Below, piece after piece: positions 39,593 to 48,318 of a stretch of DNA of 64,000 nt (position 1 is the first letter of the stretch; each line of letters opens with the position of its first letter). Made by a program: the position numbers and the translations under genes. Under the pieces are notes generated by a model, which saw nothing but the letters and a program-made list of their open reading frames with translations, did not search any database and was not told the DNA's origin. The DNA comes from Candidatus Bathyarchaeota archaeon (GTDB lineage Archaea > Thermoproteota > Bathyarchaeia > Bathyarchaeales > Bathycorpusculaceae), in NCBI GenBank assembly GCA_963775465.1, contig CAVZIW010000010.1, positions 32,001 to 96,000 on the forward strand. The letters run 5' to 3'.

Positions 39593-40213
39593 ATGGTGGC
39601 TAAAGAACCAAACTTAAAAGAAATTGAAAGAAAAACCTACATCTCATATCACCAAGACGGATTGCTTGACATATTCGCGAGTTTATACATCGTAGGTTTT
39701 TCTATTGGAATATTGTTAGACTTCATTTGGGATTACAGCTTCGGGTTATTTATCCCAGGATTCTTGGTTATTTTAGTTTTGCCCCTTTGGATAGCTGCAA
39801 AAAGAAAGATAACAATGCCCCGCATCGGGTACGTTAAATTTGGCACTGGCGGAAAGAAAGTAACTATTATTTTCACAGGGCTCATGGTTGTCGGCGCATT
39901 TTTCTTTTTGGCTTTTGCTTTGCTCGTTAAGTCATCATCTTGGGCTGACTTCATCTTTACAAATGGACTAATTTTAGTCGGAATCGGCGGTTTAACCATC
40001 AGCTTTTTGTTTGGATATGCAACAGGCCTCAAACGTCTATATGCATATGGGGTATTAGCGTTAGCTCTATTTGTGGGTGGACACTTTCTAAGTGTCTTTT
40101 TCGCTTACTTAGTTTTAATGCTTGGAGTTGCAGTAATGCTGGTTGGCTCTTATTTGTTGATTCAATTCGTCAGAAAGTATCCATTGAAAGGTGAAGACTC
40201 CGTTGTTCAATAG
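39593..40213 (+). CDS. Multi-pass membrane protein
   Basis: About 6 hydrophobic helices, with DGLLDI and ITMPRIGYV. Confidence 0.75.
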   Translation: MVAKEPNLKEIERKTYISYHQDGLLDIFASLYIVGFSIGILLDFIWDYSFGLFIPGFLVILVLPLWIAAKRKITMPRIGYVKFGTGGKKVTIIFTGLMVVGAFFFLAFALLVKSSSWADFIFTNGLILVGIGGLTISFLFGYATGLKRLYAYGVLALALFVGGHFLSVFFAYLVLMLGVAVMLVGSYLLIQFVRKYPLKGEDSVVQ

Positions 40214-40529
40214 CGATGCAGACATCCAAAATGTAGACCGATTGATACATGAACCCAGTAGGTTGATGATAATGGCGCAGCTTTATGTAGTTGAGAGCGC
40301 TGACTTCCTGTTCCTTCAGCACCAAACAGAAATGAGCTCTGGAAATCTCTCCGCTCATCTTAAAAAGCTAGAAGGAGCCGGATATATTGACGTAACTAAA
40401 GATTACATTGACAGAAAACCCCACACAACTCTTGCATTAACAAAGAAAGGTCGAGACGCTTTCAAACAATATAGAAAAAGAGTTAAAAAATTTGTAGAAA
40501 AAATACCTGATGAAGTATTTGACAAATAG
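40191..40529 (+). CDS. Winged-helix transcriptional regulator (HTH_34/MarR-ArsR-like)
   Basis: IHEPSRLMIM, GNLSAHLKKLE and LTKKGR motifs. Confidence 0.85.
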   Translation: MKTPLFNSDADIQNVDRLIHEPSRLMIMAQLYVVESADFLFLQHQTEMSSGNLSAHLKKLEGAGYIDVTKDYIDRKPHTTLALTKKGRDAFKQYRKRVKKFVEKIPDEVFDK

Positions 40530-40578
40530 ATATGCTTTGAGACTGCTTCAATACTTTTTAAAACAGGAATTTAGGGAG

Positions 40579-40593
40579 TGGTGGGGCCGCTGG
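40579..40593 (-). repeat. att-like tRNA-Pro 3' end remnant
   Basis: Reverse complement is CCAGCGGCCCCACCA, resembling the 3' acceptor of archaeal tRNA-Pro. It lies about 45 bp from the integrase stop. Confidence 0.6.
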
Positions 40594-40637
40594 TTTCCTA
40601 TGGACTTGATCCGAAAAAAGTACTGTTTTTTGGTGTT

Positions 40638-42089
40638 TTATTCTGAAACCTCCCTCTTTATGAGTTTCTTTAGCTCTTCAGCGAGAAGCGACAGTTGGTG
40701 CTCATTTGTTTGTACTGAGGTTTCAGTTATGTTCCCCCGCAATAATGCGTCTCTGGTTAGAAGTTCTTCAGGGTTTTCTCCCCAGGCGCGAATTATCTCC
40801 TTTAGTTGCGTAATTCTGTTGGCTTGTGTTTTTGGTCTTATGGCTAATCCTGCTGACTGGTACATGTTTCTGAGTGTTTCTACGCCTAGGCTTTGGACGT
40901 CTTCGTAGGTGTCTACTGTGTGTCCCATCATGTAATTGATGATTTCCGAGTCAATCTTTACTGCGCTCATCTGGGTCCTAAAGAATTTTCTGAGGCTATG
41001 TGTTCTGACGCTATACATCCAGCTGTCTGGTAGTTTTTTGGCGATTTTTGTGCTTACCACTAATTCGTGAACTATTTGACCTATAGTTTTCTCGGTAACG
41101 CCAATTACTCTGTCGGCGACACGGCTGTTTCGTATTAATGGTGAGTCGTCTGTTAGCTCTTCGGGCGGCGTTCTCTTGTTCCCGCGTTTTCTGTCCTCGA
41201 TGTATAGTTTTAGCAGGTGGCTTGCTTCTGCGTTGATGAAGGTATCGTAGTCGTGGTATTTTCCTTTGGTGATGTCTGCTTCAACGTGGATGTGGATGGG
41301 TACTCTGTTGGCTTCTAAGTCTTCGCGGACATGTCTGTATTTGAGTTTGGCGAATGTTCCTTCTCTGAATCCGCCTGTTGCTATAGCGGCGATTATGAAG
41401 CTTTCTCGGGTGGCTGATTTGTCTAGCATTAGGGTGATTTCTTCTGGTTTGGGTGCTCTGTCTTTGTAGACGGCTTTGCGTCTGAGAGGTTCTAAGAGCT
41501 TTACTTCAGCGCCGTTTACATGGTAGAAGGTTTTGACGGCTTTTATGCAATTGTTAACTGAGTTGGGTTTTAATCCATTGTCTTGAAGTTCTGCTACATA
41601 GTCGTTTAGGAAGCCGCTGTGATTTTGTACTTTAAGTGGATCGGGGATTGCTCCTACTGGTTTTATGTCCTGTATTATTGTGTCGGGGCTATGTCCTAGC
41701 CAAGTTGCGTATTTTCTTAGTTTGACTGTGTACATTAGACAGCTTTGATTTGAGGCTGAGCAGTGTCTGAAGAAGTGGCGTGCAACTTTTATTAGGCTCT
41801 TATTTTCGAAGATGTATGGGATTATGCTTGGTTGGTAGCTTAGGCAGGATTTTATGATGTATTCGACTAAGCCGATTTCTTGAGTTTCTAGGATTTTGTT
41901 TTGGTCTATGCTTATTGGTGTTCTGAGTTTAAAATCGTTTAAGCTTCTCTCAATGATGATGGTGTCTTGTTGGAATATCAGCGGCAGTTTAAGGTTTTTC
42001 AGTTGTTCAACGGATAGTTTGCGTGTTCGAGTTATAGCGGGGGCTATGGTTTTTGCTCTTTGGATCATGGTTTCTTCTCTCCCTTGCAA
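40638..42089 (-). CDS. Tyrosine recombinase/integrase
   Basis: Catalytic set present: R (GFREG), K (ITKGK), HSLR, MGH and Y (DTYED). Confidence 0.9.
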   Translation of the reverse strand: MQGREETMIQRAKTIAPAITRTRKLSVEQLKNLKLPLIFQQDTIIIERSLNDFKLRTPISIDQNKILETQEIGLVEYIIKSCLSYQPSIIPYIFENKSLIKVARHFFRHCSASNQSCLMYTVKLRKYATWLGHSPDTIIQDIKPVGAIPDPLKVQNHSGFLNDYVAELQDNGLKPNSVNNCIKAVKTFYHVNGAEVKLLEPLRRKAVYKDRAPKPEEITLMLDKSATRESFIIAAIATGGFREGTFAKLKYRHVREDLEANRVPIHIHVEADITKGKYHDYDTFINAEASHLLKLYIEDRKRGNKRTPPEELTDDSPLIRNSRVADRVIGVTEKTIGQIVHELVVSTKIAKKLPDSWMYSVRTHSLRKFFRTQMSAVKIDSEIINYMMGHTVDTYEDVQSLGVETLRNMYQSAGLAIRPKTQANRITQLKEIIRAWGENPEELLTRDALLRGNITETSVQTNEHQLSLLAEELKKLIKREVSE

Positions 42090-42571
42090 GTGGGGGAGTG
42101 AGTTTTTCGCTCCGTTGGTCGGAACGCATACTCATCCTTAACTATAGGCTGTGAAGAATTTAAGATCCGTTGAACGGTTTCCTGTGAAATCTGAGCTTTG
42201 ACTTTTAGTATTTCTAGCGCAATTATGTCTGATTTTAACAAGACCAAGCCAGAGGCCTTAGGATCGCCTCCATGCAGAGTCGGCGGTCCCGCATCTCTAT
42301 CCCAAGACAAAATAACATAAAGCTCGCAATCGTAGACGAGCCAACCAACAGCTTCTCTGATTTGAGGTTGCATCGCCAAAGCAGAGCTCCGGTTATACAG
42401 AACATGGTCGCGGTAGCGGACCAATATTAGGTTGAGAAGTGAGTTTAGGGGGCTGGTTTTTGCAGAACCTTCAATTGGCTCTGACTTGCAAGAATTGGAA
42501 TAGGCTTTAGTGTCAAATGCGTATTCCTCTGCAGGGATGATAAGACCAGCCTTTCCTTGCTCATCAACCAC
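42065..42571 (-). CDS. Hypothetical mobile-element protein
   Basis: ORF overlaps both neighbours in the integrase operon. Confidence 0.55.
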   Translation of the reverse strand: MVDEQGKAGLIIPAEEYAFDTKAYSNSCKSEPIEGSAKTSPLNSLLNLILVRYRDHVLYNRSSALAMQPQIREAVGWLVYDCELYVILSWDRDAGPPTLHGGDPKASGLVLLKSDIIALEILKVKAQISQETVQRILNSSQPIVKDEYAFRPTERKTHSPTCKGEKKP

Positions 42572-42849
42572 TAGTGCGAAGCCCCCTTTTTGAGATCTTT
42601 TTTCTTCCCATATAGGCTGTCGATTACCATAGTTTTAATCTGAACCAGAATAGTTGGGTGTCCATCAAGGTGAATGCCCTCAAATCGGTAGCCTTCTTCT
42701 AGAAACATAAGAATCCAATCAAGATCAAGCTGCTCACCAGGAATAACTATGCAATCCCCCAAGTCTTCGACGGGTAAAACTGCAAAGTTTTGCTTTAGAT
42801 CTTCAAATGCAATCATCGGCGACACCCTCCTGACAATATTATAATGCAA
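42571..42849 (-). CDS. Hypothetical mobile-element protein
   Basis: ORF with GGAGG upstream of an internal ATG (MIAFEDL). Confidence 0.55.
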   Translation of the reverse strand: MHYNIVRRVSPMIAFEDLKQNFAVLPVEDLGDCIVIPGEQLDLDWILMFLEEGYRFEGIHLDGHPTILVQIKTMVIDSLYGKKKDLKKGASH

Positions 42850-42885
42850 TATGTGGTGGGGGAATCAAACAAGCTAAGGGGTGAT

Positions 42886-43020
42886 GTGTTCTTGTTTAGG
42901 GAGCTCTTAGAATGGGGGAGAGGTGCTCTAAAAATTGATAGAAGGCTAATGGCGTGGTGCTTAAACACGCAAAATCTCCCAAAAAGCAAAACTTCTAGAA
43001 AGCTTTTTCCCCAAGAACAC
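42886..43020. other. Long nested inverted-repeat structure in non-coding leader
   Basis: Nested pairs GTGTTCTTG/CAAGAACAC, AGCT/AGCT, TAGAA/TTCTA, GGGAGA/TCTCCC and GCGTG/CACGC. Confidence 0.55.
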
Positions 43021-43026
43021 TGCCTC

Positions 43027-43182
43027 TTAGTTTGTTGAAGGTTTGTATTTTTCTGAGAGTCTTCTTAAGGCGTCTTTTATGACGTCGGCTCTGCTTGAGT
43101 AGCCGTGGGTTCCGACTAGAGGGTCGAGTGTTTCGTTGACTATGTTGCAGGGGAGTTTTATGGTTACGTATTCATGCGTCAT
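43027..43182 (-). CDS. 51-aa ribbon-helix-helix (CopG-like) protein, missing from the ORF track
   Basis: MTHEYVTIKLPCNIVNETLDPLVGTHGYSSRADVIKDALRRLSEKYKPSTN, with a GGTGA RBS. Confidence 0.8.
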   Translation of the reverse strand: MTHEYVTIKLPCNIVNETLDPLVGTHGYSSRADVIKDALRRLSEKYKPSTN

Positions 43183-43333
43183 TTAATCACCTATTATTAA
43201 TTGATTTGTATCAGCCACGTTGAATTTAAGGTTTTTTTGCAAGCTATTAGTAATCTATAACAACCCTATGGCTGAATAATTGCCAAAAATACTTAAACAA
43301 GCACGTTACTAATACATTACTAAAGGAATAAAA

Positions 43334-43726
43334 TTGCCAAGAAAAATAGAAAAAGACCCAACCGAGGGCGACTATACAACCATAAAACTCCCAAACGACC
43401 TAGTCACTGCAATGGATAAATTAATCGGCACTTACGGCTTTAAGAGCCGCGCGGAAATCGTCAAAGAAGCCCTCCGCGAACTCCTAACCAAATACAAACC
43501 TCCACTGCCACGCTATGACCACTTTAACATGGGTGTCCACGGCGTAAGAATTACCGACCGACAGCTCCACAGAATAGCTGACATCCGCTTTAGTCCGGAA
43601 GGAATATACTGCGAACTAGACGAGAGCGAGAATTGCGGACATATAGAATTTGCGTTAACTGTTCCAGAAATCAAAGAAATAATCCGCAATAAAAGAAGCG
43701 AAGGCTGGAACCTCCCAGACATCTAA
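43334..43726 (+). CDS. RHH regulator with C-terminal SWIM-like Zn site
   Basis: YTTIKLP...SRAEIVKEALRELL, followed by CxxD...CxH. Confidence 0.8.
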   Translation: MPRKIEKDPTEGDYTTIKLPNDLVTAMDKLIGTYGFKSRAEIVKEALRELLTKYKPPLPRYDHFNMGVHGVRITDRQLHRIADIRFSPEGIYCELDESENCGHIEFALTVPEIKEIIRNKRSEGWNLPDI

Positions 43727-43780
43727 GATCGTAGATAACCCCCGACCTTACGCATTTCATATTTTTCTGATTAGTTAAAA

Positions 43781-44041
43781 TCACTGATAGACGCTTTTTC
43801 TTAGACCTATCGCTACAACGTAGACTGTTTTGTCTTTCTCAGAAACTGTATATATTAATCGTAGTTTTCCAATACGCAGACTATAGCTCTCTTTTAAGTC
43901 TCCGTGAAGCCTCTTTCCAGCATACGCATCCTCTTCTAAACTAATCAAGCACTCTTGGACGTTTGCTTTGTCTTTTCCCTCTAACTTTTTGTAGAAACGC
44001 TCAATTTGCCTTGATAAAACAACCTTATACTTAGGCTTCAA
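43781..44041 (-). CDS. RelE/ParE family toxin
   Basis: YKVVLS, KRLHGDL, YSLRIGKLRLIY and RKSVY motifs. Confidence 0.85.
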   Translation of the reverse strand: MKPKYKVVLSRQIERFYKKLEGKDKANVQECLISLEEDAYAGKRLHGDLKESYSLRIGKLRLIYTVSEKDKTVYVVAIGLRKSVYQ

Positions 44042-44264
44042 CGTGCTCTTCCTTCAGAAGGGAACGCAAATCCTTGACTCTTCCAGCCTTAATGTCATCT
44101 TGACCTTGCTTGATAGCTTTCATCATTTCTTTATCACTTAAAACATCGATGGTTTCCATAAGTTCACTCATCAGCTTTGTAGCTTCATCTAGTTTTTGTT
44201 TGGTTTCAAAAAGAAGTTTGCGGTCTTCTTCATCTAAATACGCAGTTTTAGCCATCAAATCCAC
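44031..44264 (-). CDS. Antitoxin of the RelE pair
   Basis: Lies upstream of and overlaps the toxin. LMETIDVLSDKEMMKAIKQGQDDIKAGRV resembles a Phd/YefM-type toxin-binding tail. Confidence 0.75.
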   Translation of the reverse strand: MDLMAKTAYLDEEDRKLLFETKQKLDEATKLMSELMETIDVLSDKEMMKAIKQGQDDIKAGRVKDLRSLLKEEHVEA

Positions 44265-44341
44265 CGATCTACTTAGATAATACTGATGCAGCTGAGACTA
44301 ATAAATTTGAAAAAGCCTACTGCTTAATGTTGGTATAATTT

Positions 44342-44704
44342 TTACCCTTTTTTTAGTTGGAGGTCAAATCTTTTGACGAGTCGTTTTAGCTCTCTTTTTT
44401 CTTTACCATCATAGAAGAGGTCAATGATTTCATCTCTTCCTTTCTCAGTTAACTTCAACAAAACATCTGAGCTACCCTCAGGGTCTTTAACAACACTCCA
44501 AGAGTCACCCTCCCGCAGCTCATTAAGAAAATTTTCACGGTCCACTTTAGGATTCAAATCCTTGAAAAGAGAATAGAACATAATCCCACTATGGACTGCA
44601 AGTGTATATTTGACAGCGACTTTGTAAATTGGAGGTTTCTTCTCAAGTAGCTCCAGTAGCTCTTCTTTGGCACTCTTTGCCTTGTGAACATTACTTTTTT
44701 CCAT
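44342..44704 (-). CDS. Hypothetical protein (possible winged helix)
   Basis: LKLTEKGR motif; coupled to the PolX gene. Confidence 0.55.
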   Translation of the reverse strand: MEKSNVHKAKSAKEELLELLEKKPPIYKVAVKYTLAVHSGIMFYSLFKDLNPKVDRENFLNELREGDSWSVVKDPEGSSDVLLKLTEKGRDEIIDLFYDGKEKRELKRLVKRFDLQLKKG

Positions 44705-44710
44705 TTTGTG

Positions 44711-45361
44711 TTACCTCGTTTCTTCTGCTTTCACTGTAGTCTTGATATTGACCTTCATCGGTTGCTTTGTTGGAGTGTTACAATGTTCAGGAAGCATCCA
44801 AACGGGTTTGCTGTTCATTATCTCCCGTTCGGAGGGCAAAGGATATGGCAAACCCAACGCTTCAAACACGCTGGTCTCGTTTTCTCCAGCAACTGCCACG
44901 CTGTCTTTGATTAGGCCTTCACTGTACTTGAGCCGCATCCCTTTGCAAAATGCGTGTGCAGCAAGCCACATATTATGTTCAGCTGAACCCGTTCGGACAA
45001 GTAGGTGAATGCCGAAAGTGGATGGCTGAGCTCGATAGAAGTCCACTTGGAAAAAGCCGTTTTGGCAGGGCACAAAGGCTTTAATGACGCTGTTGCCTGA
45101 GCAGTTAGGTTTAGATTTTAATTGTTTTAGTTTTTCATTTATCTTTTGCCAATCAGCATCGTTTTTTGCTACTACAACAAAGTCAATATCATGTACCGTT
45201 GTTTTTTGTCGTCTTATGCTGCCTGCAACCTCAATCAACTCGCATAGAGGTTCCACAGTTGTTTTAATTGAGGCGGCTATTTTTTGGGCTTGTGTTAAAT
45301 CCAGTTTATCGATAATTTTAGCTGTATCTTGAGGAAATAATGTGGCTTGTCTTTTCATCAT
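44711..45361 (-). CDS. Minimal family X DNA polymerase (palm + thumb only)
   Basis: AGSIRR, HDIDFV, VDF, TGSAEHN and ExxVFxALGLPYxxPxERE motifs. Confidence 0.85.
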   Translation of the reverse strand: MMKRQATLFPQDTAKIIDKLDLTQAQKIAASIKTTVEPLCELIEVAGSIRRQKTTVHDIDFVVVAKNDADWQKINEKLKQLKSKPNCSGNSVIKAFVPCQNGFFQVDFYRAQPSTFGIHLLVRTGSAEHNMWLAAHAFCKGMRLKYSEGLIKDSVAVAGENETSVFEALGLPYPLPSEREIMNSKPVWMLPEHCNTPTKQPMKVNIKTTVKAEETR

Positions 45362-45761
45362 TTTATCACTTACAGTTATAGTTCCTAATTAGTTTGTTTG
45401 AGATAGGTGCTTAGTGGGTTTGCCAGAGACGTTTATAGGTTATTTGTTTGAGCATAGTTCATCACGCAGTTGTTCTACAACGACTCACCTTTGTGTTTTC
45501 TTTTGAGGCTATCCAGGAGAACGGAATAATGTTGGAGAACACAGCAGGTCTTAAAGTTGCAATTATAGAGAAAGAGCTTGAGATAAACGATGGCACTTCC
45601 AGCTTCAAGTTTCCATCTGGAAAAAAACACAAATAAGACCTCGAAATCTGGGGGGGTATAGTAGGAAAGCCTTCCGCAAAATATCTTATAATCAGAACAT
45701 ATAAAATGATTATAATTTGTTTTAACCTGACTTATCCTATACCACAAATTTGTGAAAGACC

Positions 45762-46385
45762 TTAGCCCTTTCTTCGAGCTCCACAATTTGGGCAGAAAAC
45801 TGAAGTTTGGGGCATTAATCCGGCACAATATGAGCATGGAATCAAAACAACTTCTCGAGTAACCTCTTTCATGATTGCAGGCGAATTTTGACCAGGCTGA
45901 GGCCTCGCGACCTGGATCTCGTATTCCTGCGTTTGTATGACCGGCCTTCCCACTGATTCCATGACAGCCCTCAACATCCACTTTACGTTGTGGTCAATGC
46001 TGTAGAGCGTCTGCTGAGCTGCAAAAGATATGCCTATCGCGTAATTGTACGTAGCCCCAAAACCTTGAGGTATAGTTGAGGCACCAAAAACCTTGCAGCT
46101 GCCATTGCAGATTTCTGCTCTGTCCCAATACTCGCTTTGCTGCGTCCCATACTGGCTGCTCCAAGTCTTAGTTTTCTTTATGCTCTCAATGCAGCTCAAC
46201 CGCACAAGAACTTGGTTTACCACGAATTCCTCATCGGAAGCCACCTTTAATTTACCAGTTACTTGCTCCCCCAGAGAATACTGCGATTTGTCCGCGTACA
46301 ATTCGATTCTTGCTTTCGGCAGAGTTGCCCCGGGCGGATTCAGAATTTTGGACAGCCAACTTGGACACATAGAGCGACCGCTCAC
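45762..46385 (-). CDS. Arrestin-N/Spo0M-like beta-sandwich + C-terminal Zn ribbon
   Basis: YxxGExVxGxL, VxWxLxAxxxxxGRP and CxYC...FCPNCG motifs. Confidence 0.65.
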   Translation of the reverse strand: MSGRSMCPSWLSKILNPPGATLPKARIELYADKSQYSLGEQVTGKLKVASDEEFVVNQVLVRLSCIESIKKTKTWSSQYGTQQSEYWDRAEICNGSCKVFGASTIPQGFGATYNYAIGISFAAQQTLYSIDHNVKWMLRAVMESVGRPVIQTQEYEIQVARPQPGQNSPAIMKEVTREVVLIPCSYCAGLMPQTSVFCPNCGARRKG

Positions 46386-46498
46386 TTTGGTATATTGACT
46401 ATACGTTTATCTTAAAAGACTTGTGAATCAACAATTCTGCATTTCCGTAAGCGCGCGCTAGCATTTGATTGAAAAATCGAAAAATTGAGGATTTCCAA

Positions 46499-46648
46499 TT
46501 ATTTCTTCACTTGCAAGAGCTTGTCCCTAACTGCCTCAGCCACAAACTCTGCCCTTGAGCGATATCCCAAGATCTTCTTTTCCAAAATTTTGTCGACTTC
46601 ATCAGCCAATTCGACAGGCAGTTTCACATTAACGTATCTTCGGGGCAT
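46499..46648 (-). CDS. 49-aa ribbon-helix-helix protein, missing from the ORF track
   Basis: MPRRYVNVKLPVELADEVDKILEKKILGYRSRAEFVAEAVRDKLLQVKK. Confidence 0.8.
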   Translation of the reverse strand: MPRRYVNVKLPVELADEVDKILEKKILGYRSRAEFVAEAVRDKLLQVKK

Positions 46649-46675
46649 AGTCAATGGTTCAGCGGAAGCTTTTAT

Positions 46676-47008
46676 GTGTTTGATGGATCACTTATGAAGC
46701 ATAGGTGCTATCGGTTGAAACAACCTTTAGAACGTCAAATCCTTGTCTTCCTAGGTCTCATGCTCGGCATACTTCCAGGCCTATTTTTCATCAGGTACTT
46801 TTCAGAACATCCGCCAAAACCAAACTGTTTCTCAGAGCCCAAATTTACCACTCAGTGCTTTCAATGCATTTGGGCAAATAAATGTCGGCCTTCTGCTGCT
46901 CCCGATTGTTTCGGTTCACTCTGCAACACCTGCAAATGGTTTGACGGCATATGTTGCGTGCATCCAGCTGTGTCAGTTAACTTGATTGCTCAGGACAGAC
47001 TGCGGTGA
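46676..47008 (+). CDS. Small TM protein with Cys-rich repeats
   Basis: One TM helix and two CF...CxxCxW...C units. Confidence 0.5.
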   Translation: MFDGSLMKHRCYRLKQPLERQILVFLGLMLGILPGLFFIRYFSEHPPKPNCFSEPKFTTQCFQCIWANKCRPSAAPDCFGSLCNTCKWFDGICCVHPAVSVNLIAQDRLR

Positions 47009-47370
47009 TGAGTTCTTGTCCTGATTGCGGATTCGCAGGAGACTTTGAAGTTATAAGGGAGATCGAAGACGCTGATCTTCTCATCACTAAACTTCGGTGC
47101 GAAAATTGCGGTTGCCAGTTTGATGTAATTGAACGCAAAGAATTAACTTATGAAATTACGAAGCATGGCAACATCGGAAAGGCGCTGGCAGTTGAAGTGA
47201 CGCAAAGTGAGCGAAAAGAATTTGAAAATAGACTGGTGGATTTGCAAAAACTGCTCAGCAAGATATTTGGACTATATTCGGGTGATGCGGCGCTGATGAC
47301 AATACTGCATAATGAGCTGCAAGAGGCAATATTGATAACAAGAAACTTTAGCCGAAACCTGAAACGGTGA
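47005..47370 (+). CDS. Zn-ribbon protein with helical C-terminus
   Basis: CPDCG...CENCG motifs. Confidence 0.55.
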   Translation: MMSSCPDCGFAGDFEVIREIEDADLLITKLRCENCGCQFDVIERKELTYEITKHGNIGKALAVEVTQSERKEFENRLVDLQKLLSKIFGLYSGDAALMTILHNELQEAILITRNFSRNLKR

Positions 47371-47668
47371 AAGCGAAAAGACTTGCTGCTCACATACCTA
47401 AGACAATGCATACAAGAATGGTATGTCTTAGGCCGGTGAGTTAATTCCCTTGATAGCCTAAGGTTTTCCGGGAGAATAGAGATAAAGAGCTATTCGTCAG
47501 AACGTGTAAAATTAATAAAATATTTTTGGATCTACCTTATCTCATGCCGGTCAAATTCCGGAAGACCTTTACGCCGATCATTGTCTGCAGCGTTTTCGGG
47601 ATATGAAGGAAGATCTTCAGAGTTTTAACTAATCATCCACACACGTAAGTTGGACTCAAAGAGTCGTC

Positions 47669-47995
47669 TCAAGGCAATGAGATAGGATCAACTGATACTT
47701 TTATCGCGGCATACAAGGGCGAGCTCGTTCTTATCGCTTTTTCCACGTCATCTCTTGATGGAAGGGCAACTTTTGTGTTTTCTACGAGGCGCTGGAGCAT
47801 CTCTTGGCTGACTCTGATATTGTATTGCGACTCTAAAAGACCTGCAACCATCCGTTCAAATTGCCCGCGTTGCCTTGCCGGAATGGGAAGCGGAACTGGA
47901 ATAAGGGCAACTGGATTTGGCGGTTTTGGCAGCGGCGATGGTATTGCCTCTACCTTTCTAACTGGTTCGTTCGGTTCAGACAAAACATTCACCAA
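47669..47995 (-). CDS. Hypothetical Pro-rich protein
   Basis: ORF only. Confidence 0.45.
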   Translation of the reverse strand: MVNVLSEPNEPVRKVEAIPSPLPKPPNPVALIPVPLPIPARQRGQFERMVAGLLESQYNIRVSQEMLQRLVENTKVALPSRDDVEKAIRTSSPLYAAIKVSVDPISLP

Positions 47996-48318
47996 TCCAT
48001 TATTGTTTGAGTTTTACTTAAAAAATTTTTAGATGAGCCCAATCAGTGCGTACAGTGTTTTTGTGCATGCGAAAATTTCTTTAGCTAAGGGCTTCCATAA
48101 TCCACAAGCGAAGGTTTGGCAGTTTGGCTCGCAAAAAAATCGTTCTCTTGACCGTAGCTCTCGTTGTTGTCACTCCTCGGCTTGTTCGATGGAATGCTCA
48201 TCCTAAATTACATATATCCTGCCTCAATTCATATAGACGTATGCACCAACGTTAATCTACTGTATTATAACTTTTTATTAAGCGCCCGCTTAGAGTTGGT
48301 GAGTTCGCCGATCATACG

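Noticed and set aside
42853-42862. GTGGTGGGG here and at about 23741 as second att copies
   Set aside because: Only 9 bp match the 40579 remnant, and identity does not extend.
42844-43038. 64-aa plus-strand ORF
   Set aside because: It is antisense to the minus-strand operon, overlaps the inverted-repeat structure and has no motif.
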